Shown here: positions 9,359 through 20,973 of the stretch, piece by piece
Numbering within the stretch: the first letter of the stretch is position 1
Layout: each line of letters starts with the position of its first letter
Assembly (NCBI GenBank): GCA_018985235.1
Contig: JADGIG010000014.1
Location: 1 to 50,561 of the forward strand
Direction: 5' to 3'
DNA from: Sanchytrium tribonematis
Taxonomy: Eukaryota
Length of the DNA: 50,561 bases
The notes under the pieces: model-generated
Told to the model about the DNA's origin: nothing
What the model saw: the letters and a program-made list of their open reading frames with translations, nothing else
Database searches by the model: none
Program-made: the position numbers and the translations under genes

Positions 9359-12300
9359 TTACTGACCTGTTCCTTTTTCCTTGACACTATCAGGATTAAC
9401 ATTGACTCTTTGCTGACTTTCAGTAATATAACTAATGTCGTCCCACTAAATAAATAAAAAAGTACAGGGTGGCGATATAGACCTTGCTTTAATCTCTTTT
9501 GGTCTAAATAATGAGCAGTAAAACCAATTGTTCTTCCTAAAACGAATAAACCATTCAAAGTACCAATTTTAATATATTCTTCTGCTTCTTCCTTTGAAAA
9601 AGCACCACTATGTCTTAGTAAATCAACAAATAAAACACCAATTGCACCATCCACATTTAAAATTAAATTGTCTTTCTTTTGGGTTGTGATTTCCTCAACC
9701 TTTAATGCGTAATCTAAAATAGGAGTGGCTGGAAAATGAGATTTTGCGTAATTTTTGACCAATTCTACTCTCATGTCTGGATTAGTTTTGCTCTTAATTT
9801 TATGTCCGATTCCCAAAATGAGCTTATTTTCTTTTCTCATTTCATCCACAAATTGTCTCGGAGTTTTGTTGCTATCGTATGCTTGGCTAAAAAGTAATGC
9901 AGCACCGTCTAAAGCACCACCAAATCTCTCTCCAATGGTCAACATTCCACTCACAACACTAGATATCAAATCTTTTCCCGCTCTAGCAGTCACAATGGTG
10001 TTATGGGCACCACTGACGGCTGGTCCGTGGTCCGCAGTTAGCATCAAAACCATTTCGATGAAGTGACAAGCATATTCTGGTAATCTTCTCTTAAACCACA
10101 GTAAGCTTACGACTCCTCCAACTCCCAAATTTTGATTAAACACTTGACTTATAGGCATTCCGGCGTATAAAAGTTCCTCTCCTCTATCATCGGTAATGGT
10201 GCTGATAAAATTTGCAGGCTTACGAATGAGTCCCAATTGTTGAGCCCAAGCGTAATCAATCGGAATCTTGGGCACTTCTGGCTCCTTCATAACATGAATG
10301 GTTCCGTTTTCAACAAGTTTGTTGTAAACCTCACTCAATAAATCGGGTAATTCTTCAAAAGTATTTGGAACGGAAATCCCACTTTCTTTCATTTTTTGAT
10401 TTTTATAATTAGCAGTTTCTTCCTTATTATTTGCATGAGCGCCAGCATGACCAAATTGCACATCAGTTGTCAGCAGATCAGCCACAGTACCAATACACCA
10501 ACCAACTATTGGTTTTGTAATAGTTTTAGATTTAACAGCTTCCATGACTCTGTATTCTTCTTTACCACCGACTTCACCCAGAAGAACAATCAGTTTGACA
10601 TGAGGGTCCTGCTCATACCGGAGGATGTGATCCAATAAAGTACTTCCGGGATACCTATCACCTCCGATAGCAATTCCTTCATAAACACCATTTGTGTGAA
10701 GACTGATCATATTGTTCAATTCATTACTCATACCTCCACTCTTGCTCACATAAGCAACACTACCAGGACGATAGAGCTTACTGCTTACAATATTATCCAT
10801 CATACCACCAGTATTTCCAATTTTGAAACATCCTGGTTTTATGCCTCCAACGGTTGCAGGCCCGATAATTAAAACATTTTTAGCTTTTGCCACATGTAGC
10901 AAGTGTCTCGTTCTTCTTTCAGGTACACCTTCAGCGATAATACAAATGGTTTTGATCTGATTGAAGTTCATAATATCCATTGTCGAAGAAAAGACACTTC
11001 TGCAGCTGGTAAAATTAATGATTGAATTAACCTCTGGGTGTGCCTCCAAGGCCTTTAACAAAGAATCATAAACTGGGATCATAATGTCTTGAGTACCCCA
11101 GTAATACTTCATATTTGAATCACCACCAAAGGGATAAATCATAGCAGCCACACTTGGGGTTTGTCGTTTACACATGTAATCAAAATCCAACATACCTTGA
11201 ACAGCTTTTGGTTGCATACCCCAAATAAAGCATCTGGTGGAATTAGTGAATGTAGGCGAAAAAGAAGCGGAAGGAGGCGGTGTTGTGACTCGCTCGATAG
11301 AAGAGTTTGTCGGACCTCTTGGGGTAGAGGTTGGTTTGGCCTTTGCCTGTTCAGTCCATTCTTCTTTCACATCTCCTTTTAATGCCATAGGTACTATGCT
11401 CGTTACATGGGTTTCGGGACCGTAAACATGCATATCTAAATTTAATTCGCTTGCGACTCTTTTGATATTTTGTAGTCCTTCTTGATAATTTGGTCCTGCA
11501 CGTCTTACAAAAATTCTGGTTTTATGTTGTTGTAACTGAATTTGGAATTCTTGCAAAGCTTTAATAATACCCTTGAAGGTGCTGGCGACATTTGTGAAAT
11601 TTGCGATACCACCACCAATCAAAAGAATTTTTCCATCTTTATGTTCATACTTTGTCATGAGCTGTAAAATAGTTTTAGCGTATAAATAAGTTTGTTCAGT
11701 AGATGGAGCACCAGAGTATTCTCCGTAATTTGCTAACTCATTAGCAAATCCATAATTGGCAATAGCATCTGCATATGCAACTGATGCACCTCCACCAGCA
11801 ACCATAGTCCAAACTTGCCCATGTGGGTTCAAAATTGTTAATTTTAGAGAAGCGCCGGTTTTAGCGTCTAGTTCTTGAATAAAAGCTTCTTCTTTACTCA
11901 ATACTCGTCCAAAAGGAGCAGGGTACTCAATTGAAGCAGATAAAGCTTGCTGAATTTTGTCACCCGTCTCGAACTCTGCGGTTTGGTCAAGTTTTGCTGC
12001 CAAATCCATCATAGAAATTGTATAAGGCTTGACGTTTCCACCGTTAGTGTCTAAAATGGCTTTGAGTTGCGGATTATTACTAATTTCTGATTGCTCTAGC
12101 AATACTAAAGGATTAATTTCCAAATAAGTGAAATGCAAATCAACATAAACTGCATAAAGACGGGAAATGAATTCAGTAAGAACCACCTTGTGTGCTGAAG
12201 GGACATTGGCAAGTAGTTTCGAAATATCTGTTGCCTTGAGAGTTTCCAATGCAAAAACATCTACTTTAATTGCTTTTTCTTCAACATCCCCGATGTCAAC

Positions 12301-12744
12301 ACCGCCTTCGTGATGAAAATAAATTGTGTCGCCTTGTCGATCACTAGAAATACAAATGTAATATTCAAGTTTATGAGGAATAAATGGTTCAATAATAAAA
12401 TGAGTGAGCGGGCCAGTCAGACTGCCAATTTGAGTCGTCGGGTGCCCTCGAATCCAATCTAAACATTCATCGACTTTCTTATTTAAACCAATTAGGCCGA
12501 GTTTACCTCTACGTTTAATCAACATATCTGGTTTAACAACATACTGCAAATGGATAGGTAATTGTTGCGATAATTGATTATTTGTAACTTGTGATAAATT
12601 TCCAGTCAAGAATCGAAAGGAAACTTGTTCTTGATCCTGAATGTGATCAATCTTAAAATCATTATTAAGTTGAATATGACTTCGATGTAAATGATAAGAA
12701 ATAAGTGATTTGCCGTCAATTTCTCTGATTGCTTTTGCAGACAT
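9359..12744 (-). CDS. ACLY: ATP citrate lyase, single-chain form; join(12744..9466,9445..9359), 1121 aa
   Basis: MSAKAIRE, KPDMLIKRRGKLGL, QFGHAGA phospho-His, ADHGPAVSGAHN; splicing restores GLYRHP|WDDISY. Confidence 0.96.
9446..9465 (-). other. 20-nt spliceosomal intron (gtacttttttatttatttag), phase 0
   Basis: Removal restores the conserved RHPWDDISY and removes the apparent overlap with the convergent gene. Confidence 0.95.
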
Positions 12745-13053
12745 TCGTTTCGCGGAGTTTCTCCGAAAAGCGTTTACAAAATTAAGGATATGATAGATTG
12801 AGGTATTTTAGGTGAGTTTTCATATCACCTTTAAATGAAGAAGCTCCTCCGATAAATATCTTGACATAGATTCAAAATGTTATTTAACTGAGCAACTTAG
12901 CAAAATTAAAAGTACTACCACTTTCGTTGCTTCAAAATTGCTGCAGATTTTTCATTTACAGAAACTTCAAGACAATTTTGTCTAATTTTTCTTACCCCGT
13001 AGTATTTTAAGGCCAAATTTGACCTTGTTCTAGAACATTGTGACAAACGGAGA

Positions 13054-14511
13054 ATGAATTTCTCTAAATCTAAAAACAAAAATAAATTTGGAGCATTTGA
13101 TCTTGTTCACGCTCCAATAATTGTGATATCTGTCGAAGAAGATCAGGATAGCTTCATATTCGCTAATAAGGAGGCCTTGGATTTATTTGAAGGCCTTGAA
13201 AATATTAGATCGAAATTTCCTAAATTGAATGATAAGCAAATATACCAAATTCAAGGAAAAAAGACAGTCACTTTCAAGTGTGAGTTCTCAGATTTACGTT
13301 CTACTGAGAAAGTAGTCACTTTAACGGTTTTATCTAATGATGTTTATTCGAGATTTAAGAGAGAATACTCAGTCATTTCAAAACTCGGAAGTGGTGGATT
13401 TGGAAGTGTTGTAAAAGCAAAACATTTACTAGACCATCAGATTTATGCCATCAAGAAAGTCAAAGTAGCACTTCAAGAAAAAAACTTGGAAACATTTTCC
13501 CTCAATCAGCCTGAAAGTGACATCAATAACAAATTACTTAAAGAGGTTACACTATTCGCTAAAATATCTCATCATCCCAATGTTATTCGCTATTACTCAG
13601 CGTGGTTGGAGCCAAGAATTAAGAAAGTGGACTCTGATTTCAACACTCATTTACTCTATATCCAAATGGAATGCCCTGGAGATACACTAAGAAATTGGAT
13701 GGATCATCGATCAATTTTGGATTCTACGCAAAACTTGAAAATATTCCATCAAATTTGCCTTGGTTTAGAACACATCCATTCTTTTCAGATTATCCACCGC
13801 GATTTGACTCCGTCTAATATTTTTATAGATCCTGCCTCATTACACATATACATTGGGGACTTTGGATTAAGTGAGGAAGTTCAACAAGGTTCGCCTAAAA
13901 AGGTCAACAAATTTGGAACTCCTACTTATTCTGCCCCAGAAGTCCTAAAATCTTCAAGGAACAGAGTAGGTATCCATTCAGACTGTTATTCTTTGGGAGT
14001 TATTTTATTTGAATTATTTAATGTCTTCAAGACTCACATGGAAAGAGCACAAGTCTTGTCAAAATTTAAAAAAGGAGAAATTAGCGTTGAATTTACTAAT
14101 AAGTTTACAAATGTCTATTCCACAATCTGTAGCTTGACTTCAGAGAATCCAGACGAAAGAATGACCGTAGAAGAGTTATTAAGATTGCCAGAACTCAGTT
14201 ATAAATCATCTGGGTTTTCACATTCTTGGAGCGGAGTTGCTGGAGACTGTACCTCCCTTTCAACTTTGAATAACACCCAATCATACTCCAGTAGTCCGCA
14301 CTCGTATAAAACGGACAAAACAGAGGTTTTTAAAAAGTATTTGACCTCTGTATTTGCCACTATGAACAAAACTAAAGCAGTGGAAAACTCTCAGGTCGAC
14401 ATGGTTGCTGCAGTCGCAGAAGAAATGTTTGGAATGGATATTCATGATAGTGGTGTTCCTTTTAGCGACTCAGAAGCTGAATCCTTGCAGTTTGTACTTG
14501 AACAAAAATAA
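13054..14511 (+). CDS. eIF2-alpha kinase family protein (HRI/GCN2-type catalytic domain) with possible PAS-like N-terminus
   Basis: SRFKREY..LGSGGFGSVVKAKHLLDHQIYAIKK, HHPNVIRYYSAWLE, LYIQME, HRDLTPSNIF, GDFGL, GTPTYSAPE, FKTHMERAQVL. Confidence 0.85.
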   Translation: MNFSKSKNKNKFGAFDLVHAPIIVISVEEDQDSFIFANKEALDLFEGLENIRSKFPKLNDKQIYQIQGKKTVTFKCEFSDLRSTEKVVTLTVLSNDVYSRFKREYSVISKLGSGGFGSVVKAKHLLDHQIYAIKKVKVALQEKNLETFSLNQPESDINNKLLKEVTLFAKISHHPNVIRYYSAWLEPRIKKVDSDFNTHLLYIQMECPGDTLRNWMDHRSILDSTQNLKIFHQICLGLEHIHSFQIIHRDLTPSNIFIDPASLHIYIGDFGLSEEVQQGSPKKVNKFGTPTYSAPEVLKSSRNRVGIHSDCYSLGVILFELFNVFKTHMERAQVLSKFKKGEISVEFTNKFTNVYSTICSLTSENPDERMTVEELLRLPELSYKSSGFSHSWSGVAGDCTSLSTLNNTQSYSSSPHSYKTDKTEVFKKYLTSVFATMNKTKAVENSQVDMVAAVAEEMFGMDIHDSGVPFSDSEAESLQFVLEQK

Positions 14512-14528
14512 ATGTTTTAGGCCTCAAA

Positions 14529-14813
14529 ATGAATACTGAGCAAAAAAATCTTTTCCCATTAGTTGTAAAGAATACTTTTCAATCAGATAGCGAGACAGAA
14601 ACTGTGGAAAACATATCCACCTTTATGGAGAAAAATGGAAATAATTACCATGAGGCAGCAAAGACTATGAAAGAATTTCTCGACAAGAGATTTGGCGGAT
14701 TCCACCAAGTAATCATAGGAGAATCTTTTGGTTTTAACATCTCACATGATTCGCTTCACCTTTTACATGTCCATTTTGGAAATGCCTCAATTTTGATATG
14801 GAAAAAGCAATAA
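14529..14813 (+). CDS. DNAL4: Axonemal dynein light chain 4-like
   Basis: FPLVVK..., AAKTMKEFLDKRFG..HQVIIGESFGFNISH...FG..ILIWK matches the DNAL4 subfamily pattern. Confidence 0.8.
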   Translation: MNTEQKNLFPLVVKNTFQSDSETETVENISTFMEKNGNNYHEAAKTMKEFLDKRFGGFHQVIIGESFGFNISHDSLHLLHVHFGNASILIWKKQ

Positions 14814-14829
14814 ATCTCCTTGAAAATAA

Positions 14830-17433
14830 ATGAGTTTTATTCAGCAAATTTATGATTTGCTAGATCCCGAATTGAGCCATTTAAATCCTCATCCTATCTA
14901 CGAATTTGCAGACGATGAAATATTTTACGATTCTCTGCTGCAAATTATTATGAATGATGAAATGGAATTAAGCAGACAACAACTTGCGGCAATTTTAGTA
15001 CAACAAACGAAATCTTATAAACCTAATCAAGTGAAAATAATTTTAAATTTAACGACATTTCAAAAGCATCAAAGTATTAGAGAATATTTGGTAAAGGGAT
15101 TGTGTCAATATTCTAGAAATCAATGGTACAACATTCCTGATTTTTTTAATCATCTGATTCAAAACATACAAATCAAACCAAGAGAAGGGCTTTATTGCCT
15201 TAAAAAAATACTAAAAGAGTTTTCCACCAAAAAATTTGGAAAAGATTTGCCAAAATTATATGAAGAGTATCAAAATCTGATAACATTTCTAACTTCCTGT
15301 TATGAGCAGTGCAATGAAGATATACTATTGAACTTGATAGTAGAGTGTGGTAGATATTGTATTTGTTGGAGTAAGATTGAGAATTCTCCATCTGTTTATA
15401 ACTTTGTCAAGTATTCTATACAACAAAGGGAAGCGAGCCCTTCTCCCAAACACTACAAATCTTTGATTAAATTTCACAGCGATTTGTTTTTATCCCTTTC
15501 GGTGCCTGTGATAGAAGGATTCCCTTCTCCTGTAAAAAGAATTATTTGGCTAAAAGATTTAGTTCAATTCTTAATACCAGTGGTGCTTGATACCTCCTCT
15601 CATCTATCTCAGCAGAAGAGTATTTTGGTTTTAAATAATATTTATCAAGGTATTGACCTGATGACGCCAGCAAAACACCCATTGTCAAATTTCTTCTTGA
15701 ATGACGACTTCATACATAATCTAATTCAATATATCCTTCAAGTATGTCGATTTGATCATATTTTGGTAGATTATGAGCTATCTATTGAGCAAATATCAGA
15801 AGAAAATGATGAGAGTTGGGAATTTATGGCCCTCTCAATATCGATAAACGACGACGGTGACTCAAATTATGTCGATTCTTTTATAGAACGATTTCTCAAA
15901 TGTTTGGATAATCCAGATGATGTCATAAAATTCTTGATACAATTCAAAACAGATGACATTCAAGTAATTGATGTTATTTTGAGATTTATTGCAGTTCGTC
16001 TTGGAGAGACTGAAGAAAATAGCTACATGATACATTTCATTAACAACGCGATACAGAAATTTTGTAATTTATCACAATTTAATTTAATTTTACTAAACAT
16101 TCGAATGTCTTCAATGATTTCTCTGCACCCTTTTTTATTTCAAAACGAAATATCTGCATTTTTTAATACTGTAATACAAAGCGTAGTTTCAAAACAAATC
16201 ACTCATCCTTTGGTTATAGTCAGTTCTTTATACGCGATTAAAAAGCTATTGGGCGAGGACGCTTCAGACGTGAACCTGGCCAAAAATGCACTTTTAATTA
16301 GCTTAAACCATCTCAACACATTGAAATCGGCTGAAGCAAAATGTGAGTGTTTGGCCGCAGCTAGCAAGTCTTTGGAAGTTTTAGGGAAAGAACAAGTGAC
16401 TGATCTAAGCGCCGATATTATATTTTGTTTATCTCAATCCTGGCAGGACACAAATTCAATAGTCAAACCTGTACTTATTGGAGTCATGCAGACTATGACT
16501 GAGTTGATGGAGACAGAATCCTATAAGATAAAAGACCCTATATATAGCATTCTAGAGAGCGCTTTCCATGCGGATAAGTCTCTCCTTTTCGATGATTCGC
16601 TTTATCTTTTGATAGCCTATCTTTCGTTCAATGAGGATATTAGTGAATTTAAACCATATGTGTTTGAAGTTTTGCAGCAGATTGAAAATGGCGTCGGAAC
16701 AAGTGAGCAAATATTTTGTTTCTACAAAGTAATTGAGATTTATTCATTTTATGCGGACTCTAGCGAGAAGAATACCATAATTTTTTCTGTTTTAAATTTA
16801 CTTCAGTATTGTGAAGACATTGGTATTGTAAATGCGAGCTTGACACTTTTGACTTCTATTGTTATAATTGCTCAATATCAAAAGCAAGATCTCTCACAAA
16901 GCACTTATCAGCAGATTTATTTCATGGCAACTCAATGTTTGGGAGATCAAGCGATACTAAGCATTTTGTCTCTCTCTCTGATAGCTCATTTGACTGAAGT
17001 CTTAAAAATACCAGACCCAGTTGTGATTCTTCAGCAATGTATAGATAAATGGGACAACATTTCCGATTCCCGCTACCAAAAATTGATTTGCATGCTAACT
17101 TGCACTCTTATAAACGATTGCACAACTGAAATGCTGGTTGCAATCGTACCATACTGGAGCAGTTTTCTTTTGGGACTGCAAGAAGTCAATGGCTGGGATG
17201 ACAGATATTTGGGATCGATTCCTTCAAGTTTAATGGGTCTCGGTATATCGACTTCTCCCCATGAACACAAAATGATACAGGTGGAGAAACATGTGCTTTC
17301 ATTCAACACCAAAAAAATGATGGGGCAAACTATTAGTTCATTTACTGATTTGCACCGAAATGTTTGGAATCAAGTTACTTCAGTGTTGGACTCCAATTTA
17401 GTTCAGGAATTTCAAAGAGCATTACTTCAATAA
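14830..17433 (+). CDS. HEAT/ARM-repeat protein, possibly a divergent importin (importin-11/Kap120-like)
   Basis: 867 aa all-helical composition; N-terminal FYDSLLQI..RQQLAAIL resembles an importin-beta N-domain. Confidence 0.5.
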   Translation: MSFIQQIYDLLDPELSHLNPHPIYEFADDEIFYDSLLQIIMNDEMELSRQQLAAILVQQTKSYKPNQVKIILNLTTFQKHQSIREYLVKGLCQYSRNQWYNIPDFFNHLIQNIQIKPREGLYCLKKILKEFSTKKFGKDLPKLYEEYQNLITFLTSCYEQCNEDILLNLIVECGRYCICWSKIENSPSVYNFVKYSIQQREASPSPKHYKSLIKFHSDLFLSLSVPVIEGFPSPVKRIIWLKDLVQFLIPVVLDTSSHLSQQKSILVLNNIYQGIDLMTPAKHPLSNFFLNDDFIHNLIQYILQVCRFDHILVDYELSIEQISEENDESWEFMALSISINDDGDSNYVDSFIERFLKCLDNPDDVIKFLIQFKTDDIQVIDVILRFIAVRLGETEENSYMIHFINNAIQKFCNLSQFNLILLNIRMSSMISLHPFLFQNEISAFFNTVIQSVVSKQITHPLVIVSSLYAIKKLLGEDASDVNLAKNALLISLNHLNTLKSAEAKCECLAAASKSLEVLGKEQVTDLSADIIFCLSQSWQDTNSIVKPVLIGVMQTMTELMETESYKIKDPIYSILESAFHADKSLLFDDSLYLLIAYLSFNEDISEFKPYVFEVLQQIENGVGTSEQIFCFYKVIEIYSFYADSSEKNTIIFSVLNLLQYCEDIGIVNASLTLLTSIVIIAQYQKQDLSQSTYQQIYFMATQCLGDQAILSILSLSLIAHLTEVLKIPDPVVILQQCIDKWDNISDSRYQKLICMLTCTLINDCTTEMLVAIVPYWSSFLLGLQEVNGWDDRYLGSIPSSLMGLGISTSPHEHKMIQVEKHVLSFNTKKMMGQTISSFTDLHRNVWNQVTSVLDSNLVQEFQRALLQ

Positions 17434-17585
17434 ACCCGTGGTGGTGGGGAGGTGCGCTGTGGTGTATTCATTTGAACCATTTATAACGAAAATATCATTG
17501 AAAATAAATTGATATGATAAACATAAAATTTTGCAACAGTTTAAGAACACAAGTTTCAACCTGATCTATTCAAGGAGGTGAGCTG

Positions 17586-17933
17586 ATGTCGAGAAAAGAT
17601 CGTAAATACCACTGTGGATGGGCAAAATGCATGTTTAGTTCCACTGATGGACTGGAATTAAAAAATCACGTCATCGAGCACCACTTATTACCAATTGAAG
17701 ATTGCAATTTCAAGTGCAAATGGGTGACTTATTATGACGGTTCCTGCACTGAAATTTGTAAATACAGAACTGACAAAATCCAGCGAATTAAATCACACAT
17801 CGACTCGCATATGGAGTACAGACCTTATGAGTGTATTGCATGCAACATTTCATTTAAAAGGAAGTTTGATAGCAAAAAGCATTACAAAACGGTTCACTTG
17901 AAAAATATAGAAAGTGTGCTGATTGACCAATAA
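17586..17933 (+). CDS. Small three-finger C2H2 zinc-finger protein with tandem CWCH2 fingers
   Basis: CGWAKC..HVIEHH, CKW..C..HIDSH, linker HMEYRPYEC, CIAC..F..HYKTVH. Confidence 0.85.
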   Translation: MSRKDRKYHCGWAKCMFSSTDGLELKNHVIEHHLLPIEDCNFKCKWVTYYDGSCTEICKYRTDKIQRIKSHIDSHMEYRPYECIACNISFKRKFDSKKHYKTVHLKNIESVLIDQ

Positions 17934-17963
17934 TACAAATAAACAAAAATTTACACCGCTTTA

Positions 17964-19461
17964 TTACGCTAAAAATTTGGTGGTGCTGTCGTTGCTGTCT
18001 GTATCACTTGACTCCTCATGAAAATTTGCCACATCTCTACGACCTCTTTCCAAATCGACAAAATGGTATAAAATTGGGATAGCAATAAGAAGCATTACTA
18101 TGAGAGCAAAGAACGAATTTCTGAAATCTCCACTTAAATCTCTTATCAATGCAGTCAAAAGGGGACCAATCCAAGCAGATCCCTTATCTGTAATTTCGTA
18201 CAAGCTGAAAAATTCAGCTTCTTTGCCTTTTGGAATTAATTCGGATAATATCGCTCTAGAGAGAGCTTGCCATGCACCTTTATAAATAAAAATTACCAAG
18301 AGTAAAGCCAAAAATTATACAAACTGGATAAATTTCCCATACTTGATGCAAGAAAAACGTCTTCGACCATTTTCCTAAGACAGCGTATATGGGGACTAGC
18401 AAAACTATAGATAGAACAATCAATAGAGTCTTTTTTGAGCTCCAATTCATGAACTTTTGCAGCCGTAACCAAAATACATTGCCAATACCTGCAATGAATG
18501 GAATTAAAATAGCATTAATTAATAAATGTTTGTCGGGCACACCCAATTCGCTTCGTGCAAATAAGATGGCGACAGTTGTCATAGTTTGTGCAGCATCAGC
18601 ATATAATGCAAAAGCAAGCAAAAAATAAAACGTAGTCGGAATTTTCCTACAATTTTTAACACTAATGTACAATCTTTCCCAAGAGAATGCAACATATACA
18701 TACGTTACATAAATTTTTCTTGTCAATTTTCTCACTAAGCTGAGATCCGCGGTACTACCACCAATTTTTCGCTGCATAGTTGGAGGTAAGGGCTCACCAG
18801 GATATGATTTCAAATTTACAAACGCTAAAGATCCGAATCCTAACCACCAAATTCCGGTTAAAATTAAGCTTAATTGCTTTCCATAGATTGGGCCTGTAAA
18901 CATATTAATTGTGGCAGCAATTATTAAACACAAAACACCGCCAACATAACCCCAGGCAAATCCATAGGATGAGAATTGAGAAGAGATATGATCCTCATCT
19001 AGTAAAGAAACTGGAGAACTAATTTCATCTAAGTTGGTTTCTCGGGTTTGAATTTCAGCTATGTGCTCCCTTACAATAAACGGCAGGTAAGCATTGTAAA
19101 CAACCAGACTAACACCGTATGCTACATTGGATAAAACAATAAAAACTGCGATAAATTGTATATTCCTTGATAATCCGATTAAAATACAGGACAGACCACC
19201 AATCCATGTTGTAAACACCAAAATGGCCTTCTTATTACCACCATAGTCTGCTAAACCTCCACTACTGATACAAAAAAGTGCCTGCATAAACACCGAGAAC
19301 GAGTTAATGTACATGGCAGTTGAATCATCGCTCAAAGATTCAACAATTAAAGGAAGAAAGAAAGTCATTGCCACGGTAGCATAAACTGTGTTAGCGAAGT
19401 CGTATAAATACCAGGCATAGACACTTCTCTTTGATTGAAGCGGTCCATTATGTGATTCCAT
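17964..19461 (-). CDS. Atg22/UMF1-like MFS transporter; join(19461..18297,18277..17964), 492 aa
   Basis: AWYLYDFAN, GGLADYG, YNAYLP, GYVGG, QALSRAILSELIPKGKEAEFFSLYEITDKGSAWIGP. Confidence 0.9.
18278..18296 (-). other. 19-nt spliceosomal intron (gtaatttttatttataaag), phase 1
   Basis: Joins two ORFs of the same family in frame (FGFTLG-AWQALSR); contains an in-frame stop if retained. Confidence 0.92.
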
Positions 19462-19649
19462 TAGACTTCACTGTTTGAGGGCTGATAACGGAGTTACGCA
19501 ATCTGGCAAATTTGCAAATTTGTGTAACGGTTTCACACAATTTGACGATGTAATTTATCGCTACGAGCTTCTTCAGATGTCTATTTCGAAGTTTTTAAAT
19601 GTACAATAGAGTAAAATAAAACGCTTCTAATTATTTTTGTAACACGGAA

Positions 19650-20240
19650 ATGTTATTTATCTCATTATTATCCGCTGCGTATTTTTATCTTGAAGGCAGC
19701 AAACGCTCTTGTTTTATAGAAGACGTACCTTCAGAAACAAACATATTTGGGCATTTCAAGTCGGAATTGAGTACAGGCGGCTCCTTTATAGAAGATGCAA
19801 GTGTAAAGCTTAAAGTTGCAATCAGTGAATCGCCTAGTGGACATGTCGTAAAAAATATGGCGCTATCTAGCAAAGGTAAATGGTCATATACTTCGTCCTA
19901 TTCAGGCCCACATCAAATTTGCATTTCATATCCAGATGGCGAAAATTTCGGAAATAGTAGAATTCATTTTGACATCACTATCGGAGAAGACTTCGATCCA
20001 ATAACTAATGTAGCTGACACTCTAAGCGACAGAATTAAGGATATTGACCGTTTAGTTCAAAATGCTCTTCGTGATGCTAGATTCCAAAGAACGAAAGAAG
20101 CAGAGTTTAGAGATCAATCTGAAAAAACTCATACTAAGATTTCTAATTGGACTTTTATCCAAATGATTATTTTAGGATTGACTTGCGTTTGGCAAATGAG
20201 AACTTTGAAAAATTTTTTCACGGCAAAGAAACTTTTGTAA
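19650..20240 (+). CDS. p24/emp24/gp25L GOLD-domain cargo receptor
   Basis: YFYLEGSKRSCFIE, GPHQICI, KEAEFRDQSE, WQMRTLKNFFTAKKLL dilysine tail. Confidence 0.92.
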   Translation: MLFISLLSAAYFYLEGSKRSCFIEDVPSETNIFGHFKSELSTGGSFIEDASVKLKVAISESPSGHVVKNMALSSKGKWSYTSSYSGPHQICISYPDGENFGNSRIHFDITIGEDFDPITNVADTLSDRIKDIDRLVQNALRDARFQRTKEAEFRDQSEKTHTKISNWTFIQMIILGLTCVWQMRTLKNFFTAKKLL

Positions 20241-20256
20241 AGATAAATAAAATTTA

Positions 20257-20907
20257 TTAGGTGAACCATGACCTGAGATACCACACTAAAAGCAACAAAA
20301 GTATGGCTGCAGCTGGTGGGCCATATTTGCGATATTTTAACATCAAATTCAAATAATTTGCATCTTTCCTATATTTCAAACTGGAGTCTTTCAGCTGATC
20401 AGATAGAGTTGTCATTCCTTCCAAGTTTTCACCTCTCAAGAGCATGTCTTCTAAGTTTTTGTTCATTATTTGATGGACGTCAGTAAGCTCTTGATTCAGT
20501 TGATGGAATTGTTGTTGTTTGACATCAGCATATTCCTTTTTGAGTCGATGTATATTGGTCTCAAATGAGAGGTAGTTATATGGTCTATTTTGCTGCATCG
20601 GATCATTAATACCATACAGCTGAAAAAATTCATTCTTGACTGCAACTAGAAAATCGAAAGCAGACTGCCTGGGAAATTGCTTGTTACATATAGTCAAAAA
20701 GCAAACGCTACTTTCTATTATGTAATGGAAAAGATAATCTTTAATTTGTACACTGCATTTTTGTTCTGAAGATTGATTCAGTACTTTAAATAATTTCTTG
20801 GCTTGTTGCTTTATGGAATTAAGATCATTTTCAGTGCGGTCATCATCAATACTGGCAGCTAGCGGAAGGGCATCACCCACTCTATAAATTAAACAGCTTA
20901 GAACCAT
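20257..20907 (-). CDS. SEC22: Sec22 longin R-SNARE
   Basis: IYRVGDALPLAASIDD, RPY..F, LNQELTDVHQIMNKNLEDMLLRGENL, C-terminal TM. Confidence 0.93.
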   Translation of the reverse strand: MVLSCLIYRVGDALPLAASIDDDRTENDLNSIKQQAKKLFKVLNQSSEQKCSVQIKDYLFHYIIESSVCFLTICNKQFPRQSAFDFLVAVKNEFFQLYGINDPMQQNRPYNYLSFETNIHRLKKEYADVKQQQFHQLNQELTDVHQIMNKNLEDMLLRGENLEGMTTLSDQLKDSSLKYRKDANYLNLMLKYRKYGPPAAAILLLLLVWYLRSWFT

Positions 20908-20973
20908 TAGAAAAGTTTCAAAAATTAATTTGCAGTCTTCAAGTCTTGATACAAAAGGAGTTTTGCAGTTTTA

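Noticed and set aside
9328..9445. Apparent ACLY C-terminal extension overlapping the Svp26-like gene
   Set aside because: Artefact of reading through the 20-nt intron; the spliced gene ends at 9359.
12745..13053. Short inverted repeats (cggag/ctccg, aggtga/tcacct) in the ACLY-kinase divergent gap
   Set aside because: 5-6 bp stems are expected by chance and there is no recognisable RNA family.
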